Program-made: the position numbers and the translations under genes | The notes under the pieces: generated by a model | Seen by the model: the letters and a program-made list of their open reading frames with translations, nothing else | The model's database searches: none | Told to the model about the DNA's origin: nothing | Origin: Syntrophales bacterium | GTDB lineage: Bacteria; Desulfobacterota; Syntrophia; Syntrophales; UBA2210 | Assembly (NCBI GenBank): GCA_963666365.2 | Contig: CAXXNF010000002.1 | Coordinates: 256,001 to 320,000, forward strand | DNA length: 64,000 nt | Direction: 5' to 3' | Shown here: piece by piece, positions 27,916 through 38,116 of the stretch | How the letters are laid out: every line of letters starts with the position of its first letter | How positions within the stretch are numbered: position 1 is the first letter of the stretch

Positions 27916-29583
27916 ATGAGCAATAAAAACTATCTGGAGTTTTACGACTACTGCGTGCCCGAGACAGTGCGGACACCAAGACTTTCCGTTGCTGACCTGC
28001 TGCAGATTCCGGCGAATGCCTATCCCGACAAGGCGGCTACTGACTTTTACGGAACCGAGATTACCTTCTGGGAACTGCGAACCCTGACCCTGCGCATGGC
28101 CAATGCCCTGGCGAAACTGGGAATAGGAAAAGGCGACCGGGTGGGACTGCATCTTCCTACCTGCCCTCAGTACCCGATCGCCTATTATGCGGTGCTTTCG
28201 CTGGGCGCGATAGTGGTGAATCTCAATCCCATCTACACAAATGATGAAATCAAGGGAGTTGCCGAGAATGTCGATATGAAGGCCCTCATCACATCGGATG
28301 TGTCCCTGCCGATTGTGCGGGTACTCTGCAAGACCGTTTCCATTCCGATTGTAATCGTGACAAAAGTTACCGATTTTATCGCAGGTCTGGGCGTCAGTAC
28401 GGCCAAGAGCCTCGATCTTCAGGAAGGGTGGCATCATTATTCAACGATTCTGGACGACTGTACCGATACGCGGCGCCCCCGGGTTGACATACATCCCGAC
28501 GATCCGGCCCTGATTCAGTTTACGGGAGGCACCACGGGAATTCCCAAGGGCGCCATCCTGACCCACTACAACACTCTCAGTTCCATTCTGCGCGGGTTTA
28601 TCTGGGGGACGGCGGCAATCCAGAATATACCGCCCGAACGCCGCCACGTCCTTGAGGTACTTCCGCTGTTTCACGTATACGGAAATGTGACCATGAACTG
28701 GTCCATGCTCAGTTGCACCACTCAGATTATGGTTCCCCGCTTTGATCTTGAAGAGCTGATGGGCATTATGGCACGATTCAAGGAAATTACCTATTTCCCT
28801 GCCGTGCCCACAATGCTGACGGCGATTATCAATCATCCAAAAGTGGAGGAGCTGGGTCTCGATAAAAAGATCGGCTTCGTCAATTCCGGGGCCGCTCCCA
28901 TGCCGGTGGAGCTGATCGAACGCATCAAGGATATGGGCATCTACTTCAGCGAAGGCTGGGGCATGACCGAGACCTGCTCTGTAGGGATTCAGTGTCCGAC
29001 ACTGGGACTCAAAAAGGTCGGCAGCATCGGCATCCCTTACCCCGATACGGAAGTCCGTCTGGTCAATGTCGAGGATGAGGTCACCGATGTAAAGCAGGGA
29101 GAACCGGGGGAGATCGTCATCAAAGGACCCATGGTGATGAAGGGTTACTGGAACAATCCCGAAGAGACGGCAAATCAGCTCAGAGACGGCTGGCTCTACA
29201 CCGGTGACGTTGCCGTCCAGGACGAGGACGGCTACATCTTCATCGTCGACCGCAAGAAGGATATGATAATCGCCGGCGGATTCAATATCTATCCGCGTGA
29301 GATTGACGAGGTGCTCCACCAGCATCCGAAGATTGCCCAGGCCGTCGCCGTTGGCGTGCATGATGCGTATCGTGGTGAAACGGTAAAGGCATTTATTGTT
29401 GCCGTAGCAGGGGAAACATTAGTGGAAAAGGAAGTTATTGATTTTTGTAGAGAAAAACTTGTGGCATACAAGGTTCCTAAACTCGTTGAATTTCGTGACA
29501 GCTTGCCCCAGTCGGCCGTGGGGAAGGTGTTGCGAAAGGTTCTCAGGGAAGAGGAGGAGGCAAAAAGAAAAAAAGGAGAATGA
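27916..29583 (+). CDS. Long-chain-fatty-acid--CoA ligase family protein (copy 2)
   Basis: Collinear paralogue of 19393 with the same adenylation motifs. Confidence 0.94.
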   Translation: MSNKNYLEFYDYCVPETVRTPRLSVADLLQIPANAYPDKAATDFYGTEITFWELRTLTLRMANALAKLGIGKGDRVGLHLPTCPQYPIAYYAVLSLGAIVVNLNPIYTNDEIKGVAENVDMKALITSDVSLPIVRVLCKTVSIPIVIVTKVTDFIAGLGVSTAKSLDLQEGWHHYSTILDDCTDTRRPRVDIHPDDPALIQFTGGTTGIPKGAILTHYNTLSSILRGFIWGTAAIQNIPPERRHVLEVLPLFHVYGNVTMNWSMLSCTTQIMVPRFDLEELMGIMARFKEITYFPAVPTMLTAIINHPKVEELGLDKKIGFVNSGAAPMPVELIERIKDMGIYFSEGWGMTETCSVGIQCPTLGLKKVGSIGIPYPDTEVRLVNVEDEVTDVKQGEPGEIVIKGPMVMKGYWNNPEETANQLRDGWLYTGDVAVQDEDGYIFIVDRKKDMIIAGGFNIYPREIDEVLHQHPKIAQAVAVGVHDAYRGETVKAFIVAVAGETLVEKEVIDFCREKLVAYKVPKLVEFRDSLPQSAVGKVLRKVLREEEEAKRKKGE

Positions 29584-29818
29584 TGTTCTGAATAAATTTT
29601 TTTCCTGTACGGCTTTTTTTCAGGAAGATACAGGTGTCTGCGCTTTCAATAAAGGGTCTCAGAAATAGGTATATCAGATTGATAATATAATATGAAATCG
29701 ACCAGTTGCCGAAATTGCGCCCAGTTGACTTCCCTGAGTCTTTCTGTTATAGATCCCTGCACTTTTGAAATAAATTTCATCAATTGTTCGCAATATACAG
29801 AATGAGCGGGGATAGAGA

Positions 29819-30826
29819 GTGGAAAAAAAGCGTATTTTGAGTGGAATGCGTCCCACCGGCAAGCTTCACTTGGGTAATCTTCACGGAGCATTGTCGAACT
29901 GGGTAAATCTTCAAAATAAAGACGAGTACGAGTGCTTTTACTTTGTTGCCGATTGGCATGCACTGACAAGCGACTACAAAGATACCTCGCGTATCGGCGA
30001 AAATACCATCGATATGGTGATCGACTGGCTCAGCGCCGGGCTCGATCCGGAAAAAAGCACCCTTTTCATTCAGTCGGAAGTGGTGGAACATGCCGAATTG
30101 CATCTTATATTGTCGATGATTACCCCCCTTGCCTGGCTGGAGCGAAATCCCACCTACAAGGAGATGAAGACTGAACTTTCCGACCGTGATCTTTCGACGG
30201 CCGGATTTCTCGGGTATCCCGTACTTCAGGCAGCTGATATTATCATGTACAAGGCTTATGGAGTCCCTGTGGGCGTTGACCAGCTTCCCCATGTAGAGCT
30301 TACCCGCGAAATTGCACGTCGATTTAACTTTCTTTATAGAGAAATCTTTCCCATTCCGGAGCCGCTTCTTGCCGAAGTACCGAAACTTCTTGGTACCGAT
30401 GGGAGGAAAATGAGCAAATCTTATGATAATTCAATATATGTGAGCGACAGGGGAAAGGTCTTGCAGCAAAAGATTCTTGCCATGTTTACTGATCCACAGC
30501 GCCGGAAAAAGAGTGATCCCGGGAGGCCTGAAATCTGCAACGTATTCGCTTTCCATGGTCTTTACACTTCGCCTGATGCAGTGTGTCAGATAGAAGAAGA
30601 CTGCAGAAAGGCAGCCATAGGGTGTGTCGAGTGTAAAAAACGGCTGGCCGCAAGAATTTCCGAGCGCATGGCCCCAATCCACGAAAGGCGGGACTATTAC
30701 GTCGCCCATCCCGGGGTGGTGAAAGAAATTATCGCAGAGGGGATTTCCGTTGCTGAGGGACATGCGCGCCGTACAATGGATGAAGTGCGGGAGGCGGTGA
30801 GGATTTACCGTATAGTCGACCGATGA
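29819..30826 (+). CDS. trpS: Tryptophan--tRNA ligase
   Basis: 'SGMRPTGKLHLGN', 'YPVLQAADI', 'VPVGVDQ', 'KMSKS'. Confidence 0.97.
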   Translation: MEKKRILSGMRPTGKLHLGNLHGALSNWVNLQNKDEYECFYFVADWHALTSDYKDTSRIGENTIDMVIDWLSAGLDPEKSTLFIQSEVVEHAELHLILSMITPLAWLERNPTYKEMKTELSDRDLSTAGFLGYPVLQAADIIMYKAYGVPVGVDQLPHVELTREIARRFNFLYREIFPIPEPLLAEVPKLLGTDGRKMSKSYDNSIYVSDRGKVLQQKILAMFTDPQRRKKSDPGRPEICNVFAFHGLYTSPDAVCQIEEDCRKAAIGCVECKKRLAARISERMAPIHERRDYYVAHPGVVKEIIAEGISVAEGHARRTMDEVREAVRIYRIVDR

Positions 30827-30913
30827 AAACCGTCTTTCCTGAAGGTCGGACATGTCTGCAATGAGGGCGGAACAGGTAGGTGAGTCTTCACAATCCACGA
30901 ACGGTTATATGCC

Positions 30914-31642
30914 ATGACCTATCAATTCAAGCTGGATGTGTTTGAGGGGCCTCTTGATCTTCTGCTCTATCTGATTAGAAAAAACGAAATTGATATATAC
31001 GACATCCCCATTTCATTGATCACCGAACAATATATGGAGTATGTCGAAGCGATGAAGTCATTAAATCTCGATATGGCGGGGGAGTATCTCCTTCTTGCCG
31101 CCACGCTGCTCCATATCAAGTCTCGAATGCTGCTTCCTGTCCATGAGGATGAAGAACCGGAAGAAGAGGATCCAAGGTCGGAACTGGTAAAACAACTTCT
31201 CGAGTATCAAGCCTTTAAAGAGGCGGCGTTAAATCTTGGCGCCATGCGAATGCTCAATAGAGATGTATTTGCCCGGACTGCGGTCTCCGATGAAGAGCTT
31301 GGCGACATTGAACGTCCCATCAGGGAAATAGGCATCTTTGAACTTGTTGAAGTCTTTCAGAAAATTCTTGCGGATGCGGGAGAGGACTATCGTATCGAGA
31401 TAGACATGGAAAAAATATCCCTTTCGCAGCGAATTAACGAGATTATGGATGAACTGAGCCGGAAGAAGGTCTTGACCTTTGAAGAACTGCTGGGCGTCGC
31501 GCGCAGTCGAAGGGGGATTGTTTACACCTTTCTCGCCCTGCTGGAACTGATGAAGCTGAGATTGGCCAAGGCCTTCCAGACAGATCCCAACGGGCCCATC
31601 CGTGTGTACCTTGCCGTTGAGGAGGGGGAAATCGATGAATGA
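30914..31642 (+). CDS. scpA: Segregation and condensation protein A
   Basis: 'FEGPLDLLLYLI', 'IKSRMLLP', 'FLALLEL'. Confidence 0.96.
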   Translation: MTYQFKLDVFEGPLDLLLYLIRKNEIDIYDIPISLITEQYMEYVEAMKSLNLDMAGEYLLLAATLLHIKSRMLLPVHEDEEPEEEDPRSELVKQLLEYQAFKEAALNLGAMRMLNRDVFARTAVSDEELGDIERPIREIGIFELVEVFQKILADAGEDYRIEIDMEKISLSQRINEIMDELSRKKVLTFEELLGVARSRRGIVYTFLALLELMKLRLAKAFQTDPNGPIRVYLAVEEGEIDE

Positions 31643-32156
31643 GGTAAAGGCGGTTCTCGAGGCGCTGATTTTTGTTTCCGATGCGCCGGTATCGGTAAAG
31701 AAATTGAAGGAACTCCTTGAAGATGCTGCAGAGGGGCAGGTGGAAATAATGCTCGATGAACTGGTCTGTGAGTATCACGCACGGGGAGGAGGGATCGTTC
31801 TTCAGAAAGTTGCAGGGGGCTATCAGTTCAGGACGCCCGAGACTGTGGGCCCGTGGATCAAGAAACTGAAAGGGGGAAAGCCCCTGGCCCTCAGCCAAGC
31901 GGCTATGGAAACATTAGCCGTAATCGCCTATCGGCAGCCGGTAATGAAAGCTGAAATAGAAACAGTGCGCGGGGTCGATGCAAGTGCTGCCTTGAGGGGG
32001 TTGCTGGAGAAAAATCTTGTACGGATTGTGGGGAGAAAGGATGTGCCGGGAAGACCCATCATGTACGGTACGACAAAACGATTTTTAGAGGTATTCACTC
32101 TGAACGATCTTTCCGAATTGCCCACTCTGCGGGAAATCAGAGAACTGGAGGAATAA
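31635..32156 (+). CDS. scpB: Segregation and condensation protein B
   Basis: 'LEALIF', 'ETLAVIAYRQPV', 'RGVD', 'PGRPIMYGTT'. Confidence 0.96.
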   Translation: MNEVKAVLEALIFVSDAPVSVKKLKELLEDAAEGQVEIMLDELVCEYHARGGGIVLQKVAGGYQFRTPETVGPWIKKLKGGKPLALSQAAMETLAVIAYRQPVMKAEIETVRGVDASAALRGLLEKNLVRIVGRKDVPGRPIMYGTTKRFLEVFTLNDLSELPTLREIRELEE

Positions 32157-32160
32157 CCTT

Positions 32161-32901
32161 ATGGGGGCAGAGCGGCTCCAGAAAATACTTGCCCGTGCCG
32201 GTATTGCCTCTCGGCGGAAAGCGGAAGAGTTGATTCAAAGGGGCAAGGTAAGCGTGAACGGCGAAATAGTGACGGAACTGGGACGAAAGGCAGATGCCGC
32301 CTTGGATATGATCCGGGTGGGGGATGCGCTCATTACCACAGATACCGTAACAGTATACCTCATGGTGCACAAGCCGGCGGGCGTCCTCACCTCGATGAAG
32401 GATCCAAGGGAACGGAAAGTGGTGGCCCAGTTGGTTCAGGATGTGCCTGAAAGGGTGTTTCCCGTAGGACGGCTCGATTATCATTCCGAAGGCCTGCTCC
32501 TCATGACCAATGACGGGGAATTCGCATATCGCGTTACCCACCCGAAATTCAGAATTGCCAAAACCTATAGGGTGAAAATAAAGGGCGCCATTCCCCCAGG
32601 AGGACTCAAGGCGATTAACAATGGGATAAGCCTGAGCGACGGTTTTTTTAAACCGGCAAAGGTTGCCGTCGAGCGGGCGAATCCGAAAAGCACGTGGTTG
32701 AAATTCACTATTTTCGAAGGGAAAAACAGAATTATTCGAAGATTCTTACAGGCCTTCGGCTACACTGTTCTGCGACTGGTGCGAACGGCGATTGCCGATA
32801 TTGAACTGGGCGACCTCAAACCGGGAGGCTATCGCTATCTTACCAGGAAGGAGGTGCAGAGGCTTCTTGGATTTGCACAGAAAGAAGCCGGCGAAAATTA
32901 A
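32161..32901 (+). CDS. rluB: rRNA pseudouridine synthase (RluB/RsuA family)
   Basis: S4 domain 'RLQKILARAGIASRR', 'PVGRLD', 'EGKNR'; follows scpAB. Confidence 0.88.
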   Translation: MGAERLQKILARAGIASRRKAEELIQRGKVSVNGEIVTELGRKADAALDMIRVGDALITTDTVTVYLMVHKPAGVLTSMKDPRERKVVAQLVQDVPERVFPVGRLDYHSEGLLLMTNDGEFAYRVTHPKFRIAKTYRVKIKGAIPPGGLKAINNGISLSDGFFKPAKVAVERANPKSTWLKFTIFEGKNRIIRRFLQAFGYTVLRLVRTAIADIELGDLKPGGYRYLTRKEVQRLLGFAQKEAGEN

Positions 32902-33021
32902 CTTGACATTATAATCAAAATAAATAATACCTAGACCCTAAATAATCGCATCAAATCAAGATCATTGATTAATTTGTCTGGTCTTGACGGCACATTCAAT
33001 ATCTTCAGCAAAGGGGGCTAT

Positions 33022-33303
33022 ATGAACAAGTCGGAACTGATCGCTGCATTGAGTAAAAAGGAAGGCCTCACGGAAAAACAGGCTGCCGATACGGTCAATC
33101 TTATTTTCAAGAATTTCAATGAGGAGCTCAAAAAGGGAAATCGTATTGAAATAAGGGGGTTTGGAAGTTTCGTAGTCAGGGATTACGGCGCCTATACCGG
33201 ACGAAATCCCAAAACAGGAGGGGTTATAGAGGTATCTCCCAAAAAACTGCCCTTTTTCAAAGTGGGGAAGGAGCTTAAGGAAAGAGTTAACTCAGGTAAG
33301 TAA
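33022..33303 (+). CDS. ihfB: Integration host factor beta subunit (HU/IHF family)
   Basis: 'MNKSELI', 'RIEIRGFGSF', 'GRNPKTG', 'PFFKVGKELKERV'. Confidence 0.85.
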   Translation: MNKSELIAALSKKEGLTEKQAADTVNLIFKNFNEELKKGNRIEIRGFGSFVVRDYGAYTGRNPKTGGVIEVSPKKLPFFKVGKELKERVNSGK

Positions 33304-33379
33304 CATCGTTCTTCCCGGGTTTCACCGCGAGCGGCAATACGTCAAAGGGGTGAGGGACTCGGCGGAAAGTGTGGTTGCC

Positions 33380-33403
33380 AAAGGGGGCATAGCCCCCTTT
33401 TTT
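33380..33403 (+). terminator. Rho-independent terminator after ihfB
   Basis: AAAGGGGGC-ATA-GCCCCCTTTTTT. Confidence 0.75.
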
Positions 33404-33710
33404 GTCGTGTACGATTTTCTACTGCGGGGGAATCATTTCATAATTTGTAGATCTCGATTGGCCGGGACACATAATCATCACTCATTCATTTTCACGGGTA
33501 CATGCCACGCCTATGCTCGATGTTTAATAGACCATTTTAAGAAGGTGCTCCCCTGATATGGAATGCCGGCGCCTGTATGTCACATATTCCCGTGGTGTTC
33601 TCCATGCCGGGAATGCAACGGGGGGGCGATCACGATAGACAGGAATTTATATTTTTGTTGGGTGCGCACATATTGTTTTTCTTGATTTTCAGTGTGATGT
33701 CCATGCTAAG

Positions 33711-35945
33711 ATGAGCTGCAGCAGGGGGACGGGTATGAAAAAACAGAACAGGGGAAAGAGCCAATTGGAAGAGTCGGTATCCATAGAACAAAAAAAAATG
33801 CGAGAAAAGTCCGCCGGCGCCGGCGATAACAATGATCTTTACGATGCGCTGGCAAAAAGTTCACAGACCGGCGTGTATATTGTCCAGGACGGAGCATTCC
33901 AGTTTGTCAATCCATATATTTTGAATTACACCGGTTACACTGAGAAGGAGTGGCTGGGGAAACACTGCCTTACCTTTCTGTGTCCTGAAGATAAAGAAAA
34001 AACAAGGAAAAATGCCATTGCAATGTTGCGGGGAGAACGGAACGCTCCCTATGAGTATCGTGTCAAGACGAAAAAGGGCGAGGTGCGCTGGATTCTGGAA
34101 AACATTATTGCGGTACAATACCGGGGCAGAAGAGCGGTGCTGGGCAACACCATGAATATCACCGAGGAGAAACTCGCCAAGGCAAAACTCGCAGAAGCGG
34201 AAAAGCTGTACCGTGATTTCGCAAATAACACACAAACGGGCGTATTTGTTGCACAGAAAGGAAGAGTGAAGTTTGCCAATCCTCATTTATTGACATATTC
34301 CAGATATGATACGATGGAAGAGCTGCTCGATACCGAACTGATCAGTTTTGTCCACCCCGACGATAGGGAGAAAACAAAAAAGAATGCCAAAGAGATGCTG
34401 CGTGGCGCACGGACCTATCCATACGAATACCGAATGATTGCCCGCGACGGATCAATCCGGTGGATTCTGGAAACGGTGACGCACATAGACTATTTCGGTG
34501 AGCCGGCCGTATTGGGAAGTTCCGTCGATATCACCCAGCTTGTGGAAACGACGGAACACCTCGTTGCCGCGCAGGCGCTGGAATCATCCATTCTTTCCGC
34601 AATGCCTCATGCCGTAATCGGGTTGGAAAACAGGAAAATAATATTTGCCAACGATTCCGTGGAGGCCGTATTCGGATGGAAACCGCATGAATTGATTGGT
34701 CAGAGGACCCGGCTTCTTTATAGAAACAAGGCCGATTACGAGGCCATTGCAAAACGGTTTTATCCGATTCTCGAACATGAAAAGACCTACAGCGAAGAGT
34801 TCCCCTGCAGAACAAAAGACGGGACCGACATCGTCTGTATGGTAAATACGGCCAGGGTGGGAGATGTCCTCAGAAACAAGAAAGTAGTCGTCATTTATGA
34901 AGACATCACAGAGCGAAAAAAGGCGGAACAGGCCCTGCGCGAAAGCGAAGAGAAATATGCCGCTGTTGTTGAACAGGCCATGGACGGTATTATCATTGTG
35001 CAGAACGATATCTATCGTTTTGCCAACAGAGCCATGGCCGATATGTCGGGATATGCCGTAGAGGAGTTGGTCGGAATGCCCGTTGCCGACATATTTGCCT
35101 CTGAGGATCGAGATCCTGCCTATCAGCGTTATAAGAAGAGAGTGGCGGGAGAGGAAGTGCTGCCCGCCTACGAAGCGAAGCTTCTCTGCAAGGACGGCGC
35201 CGTCAAGGATGTGGAAATCGTCTTCGGAATTATTAAAATCGACGGTAAACGGGCCGATATGGGCTATGTCCGGGATATCACATTCAGGAAAAAGGCGCAG
35301 GAGGAGATTAAAAGAACCGTTGAACGTCTCAAAAAGCGTCTTGAAGAAACCGTGAATGCCCTTGCCTCGATTGCGGAAAAGAGAGATCCCTATACGGCGG
35401 GACACCAGCAGCGTGTGGCGCAGCTTGCGGGGGCAATTGCCCGTGAAATGAATCTTCCCGAGGATCGTGTCGAAAGTGTCGTTGTGGCTGCAACGCTCCA
35501 CGACATCGGCAAGATCTACGAGCCCTCTGAAATCTTGAGCAAACCGGATATTCTGACCGATATAGAGTTTCTCATGATGAAGGTGCATCCCGAAATCGGG
35601 TATGATATTTTAAAAAATATCGATTTTCCCTGGCCCGTGGCCCGGATCGTCCGACAACACCACGAACGCATTGACGGGTCGGGCTATCCCGATAATCTTA
35701 CCGACAAGGAGATACTCCTGGAGGCCAAGATTCTGGCTGTTGCAGACGTGGTTGAGGCCATGGCCTCCCATCGGCCGTACCGGTCAGCGCTCGGTGTTGA
35801 AACGGCGCTCAAGGAGATATCCAAAAACAGAGGTATCATTTATGACCGCGAGGTGGTGAACGTATGCCTGCGGTTGTTCAGAAAAAAGGGCTTTGCCTTC
35901 AAGCTCCGGGGTGCTCCGGACGTGCGCATTACGCGGGGATTGTAA
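33711..35945 (+). CDS. Multi-PAS HD-GYP cyclic-dinucleotide phosphodiesterase
   Basis: Four PAS repeats, then 'RDPYTAGHQQRV', 'LHDIGK', 'HHERIDGSGYP'; start may be 33735. Confidence 0.93.
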   Translation: MSCSRGTGMKKQNRGKSQLEESVSIEQKKMREKSAGAGDNNDLYDALAKSSQTGVYIVQDGAFQFVNPYILNYTGYTEKEWLGKHCLTFLCPEDKEKTRKNAIAMLRGERNAPYEYRVKTKKGEVRWILENIIAVQYRGRRAVLGNTMNITEEKLAKAKLAEAEKLYRDFANNTQTGVFVAQKGRVKFANPHLLTYSRYDTMEELLDTELISFVHPDDREKTKKNAKEMLRGARTYPYEYRMIARDGSIRWILETVTHIDYFGEPAVLGSSVDITQLVETTEHLVAAQALESSILSAMPHAVIGLENRKIIFANDSVEAVFGWKPHELIGQRTRLLYRNKADYEAIAKRFYPILEHEKTYSEEFPCRTKDGTDIVCMVNTARVGDVLRNKKVVVIYEDITERKKAEQALRESEEKYAAVVEQAMDGIIIVQNDIYRFANRAMADMSGYAVEELVGMPVADIFASEDRDPAYQRYKKRVAGEEVLPAYEAKLLCKDGAVKDVEIVFGIIKIDGKRADMGYVRDITFRKKAQEEIKRTVERLKKRLEETVNALASIAEKRDPYTAGHQQRVAQLAGAIAREMNLPEDRVESVVVAATLHDIGKIYEPSEILSKPDILTDIEFLMMKVHPEIGYDILKNIDFPWPVARIVRQHHERIDGSGYPDNLTDKEILLEAKILAVADVVEAMASHRPYRSALGVETALKEISKNRGIIYDREVVNVCLRLFRKKGFAFKLRGAPDVRITRGL

Positions 35946-35967
35946 GCAGTCAGTGTGAAAGAACGAG

Positions 35968-37332
35968 ATGAAGGATTGTCTGTGCGTGACGAACGGAGAA
36001 CAGTATAACTCTTTTTATATCCATACCTTCGGGTGTCAAATGAATGTGAGTGATTCGGAGAAGGTGGCCTTTCTGCTTGAACGCAGAGGCTACCGTCGGA
36101 TCGAGGATATGGAAAAAGCGGACATCGTGATTGTCAATACCTGCAGTGTCAGGGACAAGGCGGAGCAGAAAGCGCATAGTCTGCTGGGGCGATTGCGGCA
36201 GATCAAAAAAACCAGGCCGCACCTCATGGTGGGCGTTGTTGGATGTCTGGCACAACAGTGGGGAAAAAAATATTTTAAAAAAATGCCCCAGCTTGATTTT
36301 GTCTGCGGGACCCACAACATAGATAAAATTCCTTCCATGATCGAGGCGGTCATTGAAGGAGAACGCAGGATTGAAGAAACACGTTTTTACGCCCATGTGC
36401 CCTCACTGGATCTATGTGTGCCCTCAACCAATGGACACATCGGCGCCTTTGTCACCATAATGCAGGGATGCAATAATTTCTGTGCCTATTGTATTGTCCC
36501 CTATGTGCGGGGTAGGGAGGAAAGCAGGCCGTCCGGCGATATCCTTCGCGAGATAAGGGCATTGGCCCGACAGGGCGTAAAGGAAGTAACGCTTCTTGGA
36601 CAGAATGTAAATTCATACGGAAGTACTCTTGCGGAAGCTGTTGACTTTCCCACGCTTCTGAGGATGATCGGCGCCATCGAGGGGATAGAAAGAATCCGCT
36701 TCACTACCTCTCATCCCAAGGATTTTTCCGAGGCTCTGATCAATTCCTTTGTGAGCATTGAAAAGGTATGCGAGCACATACATCTTCCCGTGCAGTCCGG
36801 TTCCAACGAGGTGCTGAAAAGGATGGGACGCGGATATACCATAGAGGACTATATCGGCAAGCTGGAACGTCTGAAATCAGTATGCCCATCAATAAGTATT
36901 ACCACGGATATTATTGTGGGATTCCCCGGTGAAAGCGATAAATATTTTCAAAAAACTATTGACCTTATGAAGAAAGTGCGGTTTGATAATATTTTTTCTT
37001 TTAAATACTCCGACAGGTTGGGTGTCGCCGCCTCCGGCTATGACGGCAAAGTGCCTGAAGAAGTGAAAACGGAACGTTTACAGATACTTCAGGCCTTTCA
37101 GTCGTCTATTGCCGTGGACAAGAACAGAGCGCAAGAGGGGAAGATCGAGCCTGTACTGGTGGAGGGGACAAGTAAGGGGTCTCCTGCCGATGTAACGGGC
37201 CGGACACGGGGCAACAGAATCGTAAACTTCACCGGCAGCAGCTCCCTTGTAGGAACTACCGTTCCGGTGAGAATTGTACGAGGGTATGCCCATTCGCTGA
37301 GAGGTCGGACACTTTCAGGGGAAGAGAGGTAA
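35968..37332 (+). CDS. miaB: tRNA methylthiotransferase MiaB
   Basis: 'TFGCQMN', 'NTCSVR', 'GCNNFCAYCIVP', 'RFTTSHP', C-terminal TRAM domain. Confidence 0.96.
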   Translation: MKDCLCVTNGEQYNSFYIHTFGCQMNVSDSEKVAFLLERRGYRRIEDMEKADIVIVNTCSVRDKAEQKAHSLLGRLRQIKKTRPHLMVGVVGCLAQQWGKKYFKKMPQLDFVCGTHNIDKIPSMIEAVIEGERRIEETRFYAHVPSLDLCVPSTNGHIGAFVTIMQGCNNFCAYCIVPYVRGREESRPSGDILREIRALARQGVKEVTLLGQNVNSYGSTLAEAVDFPTLLRMIGAIEGIERIRFTTSHPKDFSEALINSFVSIEKVCEHIHLPVQSGSNEVLKRMGRGYTIEDYIGKLERLKSVCPSISITTDIIVGFPGESDKYFQKTIDLMKKVRFDNIFSFKYSDRLGVAASGYDGKVPEEVKTERLQILQAFQSSIAVDKNRAQEGKIEPVLVEGTSKGSPADVTGRTRGNRIVNFTGSSSLVGTTVPVRIVRGYAHSLRGRTLSGEER

Positions 37333-37334
37333 AC

Positions 37335-37835
37335 ATGTTGGTCGAGATGAAAGTTTTCGGATTGGCTATTGATCCGATAACAAGTACCCCCATTGTGATT
37401 TTAAAAGATCTTCAGGAAAAAAAGGTCGTTCCTATATGGATTGGATTGTTTGAAGCGAGTGCGATTGCGACACAGCTCGAGAAGATAGATCTTTCAAGGC
37501 CCATGACCCACGATCTGATGAATGACATACTGAATGCCCTGGAGGTGAAGGTAAGCAGAATTGTGATTACCGATTTGAAAAATAATACCTTTTTTGCCCT
37601 TATTGACATGGTAAAAAACGGAGACGATCTTATGATTGATTCCCGTCCGAGCGATGCGATCGCACTTGCCTTAAGGGCCGGTGCGCCTATATTTGTGGAT
37701 GAAACGGTAATCGAGAAGTCGACGGATATCAATTTTGGAAACAGGACAGGCGATCTGAATAATTATACAAAGGAGCAGTTAAGGGAGTTTTTGGAAAATC
37801 TTACCCCTGAGGATTTTGGAAAATACAAGATGTAG
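37335..37835 (+). CDS. Bifunctional nuclease family protein (DUF151)
   Basis: 'PIWIGLFEA', 'RPMTHDL', 'DSRPSDAIALALR'. Confidence 0.93.
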   Translation: MLVEMKVFGLAIDPITSTPIVILKDLQEKKVVPIWIGLFEASAIATQLEKIDLSRPMTHDLMNDILNALEVKVSRIVITDLKNNTFFALIDMVKNGDDLMIDSRPSDAIALALRAGAPIFVDETVIEKSTDINFGNRTGDLNNYTKEQLREFLENLTPEDFGKYKM

Positions 37836-37862
37836 CTTCAGTTATTTTGACGCACTGTTACT

Positions 37863-38093
37863 ATGAAGGAAGAAATTCGAAGATTGTATCTCAAGGCAGG
37901 TGATCAAGTGGTTCATCTCCGGTTTCCAGAATGGGGGTTCGGGGTTGTCGTGGAGGAGCGTAACTCGGGAGTAGTGGGCGGCATGTCCTATGTGAAGGTA
38001 ACCTTCAGAGATGGTCGCACCAGGATATTTGACAACAACTTTGACAACGCCTGCTGCTGCTATTATGCCGGTATACGCAGATGCACCGATTGA
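37863..38093 (+). CDS. Small conserved protein (DUF3553-like)
   Basis: 'VVHLRFPEWGFGVV', 'CCCYYAGIR'; fills the gap in the operon before xerC. Confidence 0.7.
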   Translation: MKEEIRRLYLKAGDQVVHLRFPEWGFGVVVEERNSGVVGGMSYVKVTFRDGRTRIFDNNFDNACCCYYAGIRRCTD

Positions 38094-38116
38094 CGGTGGT
38101 GGTAAAGGAAAGATCG

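Noticed and set aside
19093..29583. Repeats as CRISPR, DGR template or IS
   Set aside because: The repeats are diverged gene paralogues; no repeat-spacer array, reverse transcriptase, adenine-specific variation or transposase seen
33315..33403. Cyclic di-GMP riboswitch upstream of the HD-GYP gene
   Set aside because: GGCAA/TTGCC ends are present, but the GAAA-tetraloop stem and GACGCAAAG core of the class I motif are not arranged as required
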